Below the pieces are notes generated by a model. It did no database searches. It was given only the letters and a program-made list of their open reading frames with translations, and was not told the origin of the DNA. This document shows, in pieces, positions 63,164 through 64,000 of a DNA stretch of 64,000 bases. Origin of the DNA: Pocillopora damicornis (Eukaryota); assembly GCF_003704095.1 (NCBI RefSeq), contig NW_020844940.1, positions 1 through 64,000 on the forward strand, written 5' to 3'. How positions within the stretch are numbered: position 1 is the stretch's first letter; each line of letters begins with the position of its first letter. Both the position numbers and the translations under genes were made by a program.

Positions 63164-64000
63164 TTGTTTCCTTTCCGCATAAATATGCCGCAGAATTCCG
63201 GCGGGGGTGGAGTCTGTAATATTATGCTAAGTTTCCACCTGCAATATCGCAGGAATTAGTGATACCGCTGCTTAGATTTTGGGAATTTCGAAAATGATAT
63301 CCTAACGGTATGTTGTAAGAAATTTTCGGTCATTTTTCGCTTCACATCGCTGTAGCCTGCGTGTTTCGTGTTTGAAGTTTTGCTTCCTGTAACCAAACGA
63401 GATTTGGTTGACATAATGGCTGAGCCTCAAGAACCGGCTGCTGCTGAGCTAGAAGCCTTGTCCACTGCCATTTCCTGTTGTTGACTTAGGTCGACCAGCC
63501 GTAGCGCTACAACTCGCGGAGGGAGTGGAAGTATGCCAAGAGGAACTGTTAGGCGAGTAATTTCAAAGGTTCATATGTTTTATCTTTCTTTCGGTTTATG
63601 TTCACTATTTCTCGGCCCCCGGTGTTTCATAGTGTACTTTCAGATTTTTGGTTAGTCTAGGTTTGTTCTTTGGTTGCACTATCGGCGCTCGCTCGTTGAA
63701 GTTGAGCTTTATTCTGATTTGTTGTTCGCTCTTGTCGAGCTCGAATCAGAATACGCTTGTGCGTTACTCGCCGTGTGTCGGCTTTGTCTCACTTTCGCTT
63801 GTGTGTGAAGCGTCACTTTTCTGGTGGACGCCCTGTGTCCTGTTCGTTCGGTTGTCAAGCATAAATTTTCATGTGCCGTGTGTCGGCTTAATCTAGGTTT
63901 TATTTATGTGTTAAGCGTCAGTTGTTTGACAGACGCCGTATTGGGCTTGTGAGCCAAGCGACGATTTAAAATAATCAAAAGCCAAAAGTGTCGGCTTGAG

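Overview
AT-rich, gap-ridden eukaryotic draft scaffold with GT-AG introns. The gene content and repeat families look like a cnidarian, probably a stony coral (inference). From left to right it contains: (1) a cluster of TNF-receptor-superfamily genes at about 1-19 kb. Two are complete receptors with signal peptide, CRDs, TM and death domain, one with three CRDs and one with a single CRD. A third has an in-frame TGA in its CRD exon, and there is an inverted paralogous fragment. The two complete receptors each have a palindromic NF-kB-type site upstream. Between them lies a triplicated ~1.1-1.25 kb non-coding unit; one copy has gained a ~108-nt fold-back hairpin and a deleted pogo transposon. 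(2) An uncharacterised multi-exon intracellular ARM-repeat + 3xFN3 gene (21.9-37.6 kb). (3) DCLRE1B/Apollo. (4) CMTR2 on the minus strand, with two homopolymer frameshifts and a 127-bp tandem duplication, head-to-head with (5) KDM8/JMJD5. (6) The 5' part of a CDK5RAP2/myomegalin (centrosomin CM1) gene running off the right end. There are many TTAA-flanked ~200-bp MITEs, other MITEs and tRNA-derived SINEs. Exon structures were read by eye from splice signals and phase continuity; no database searches were run.
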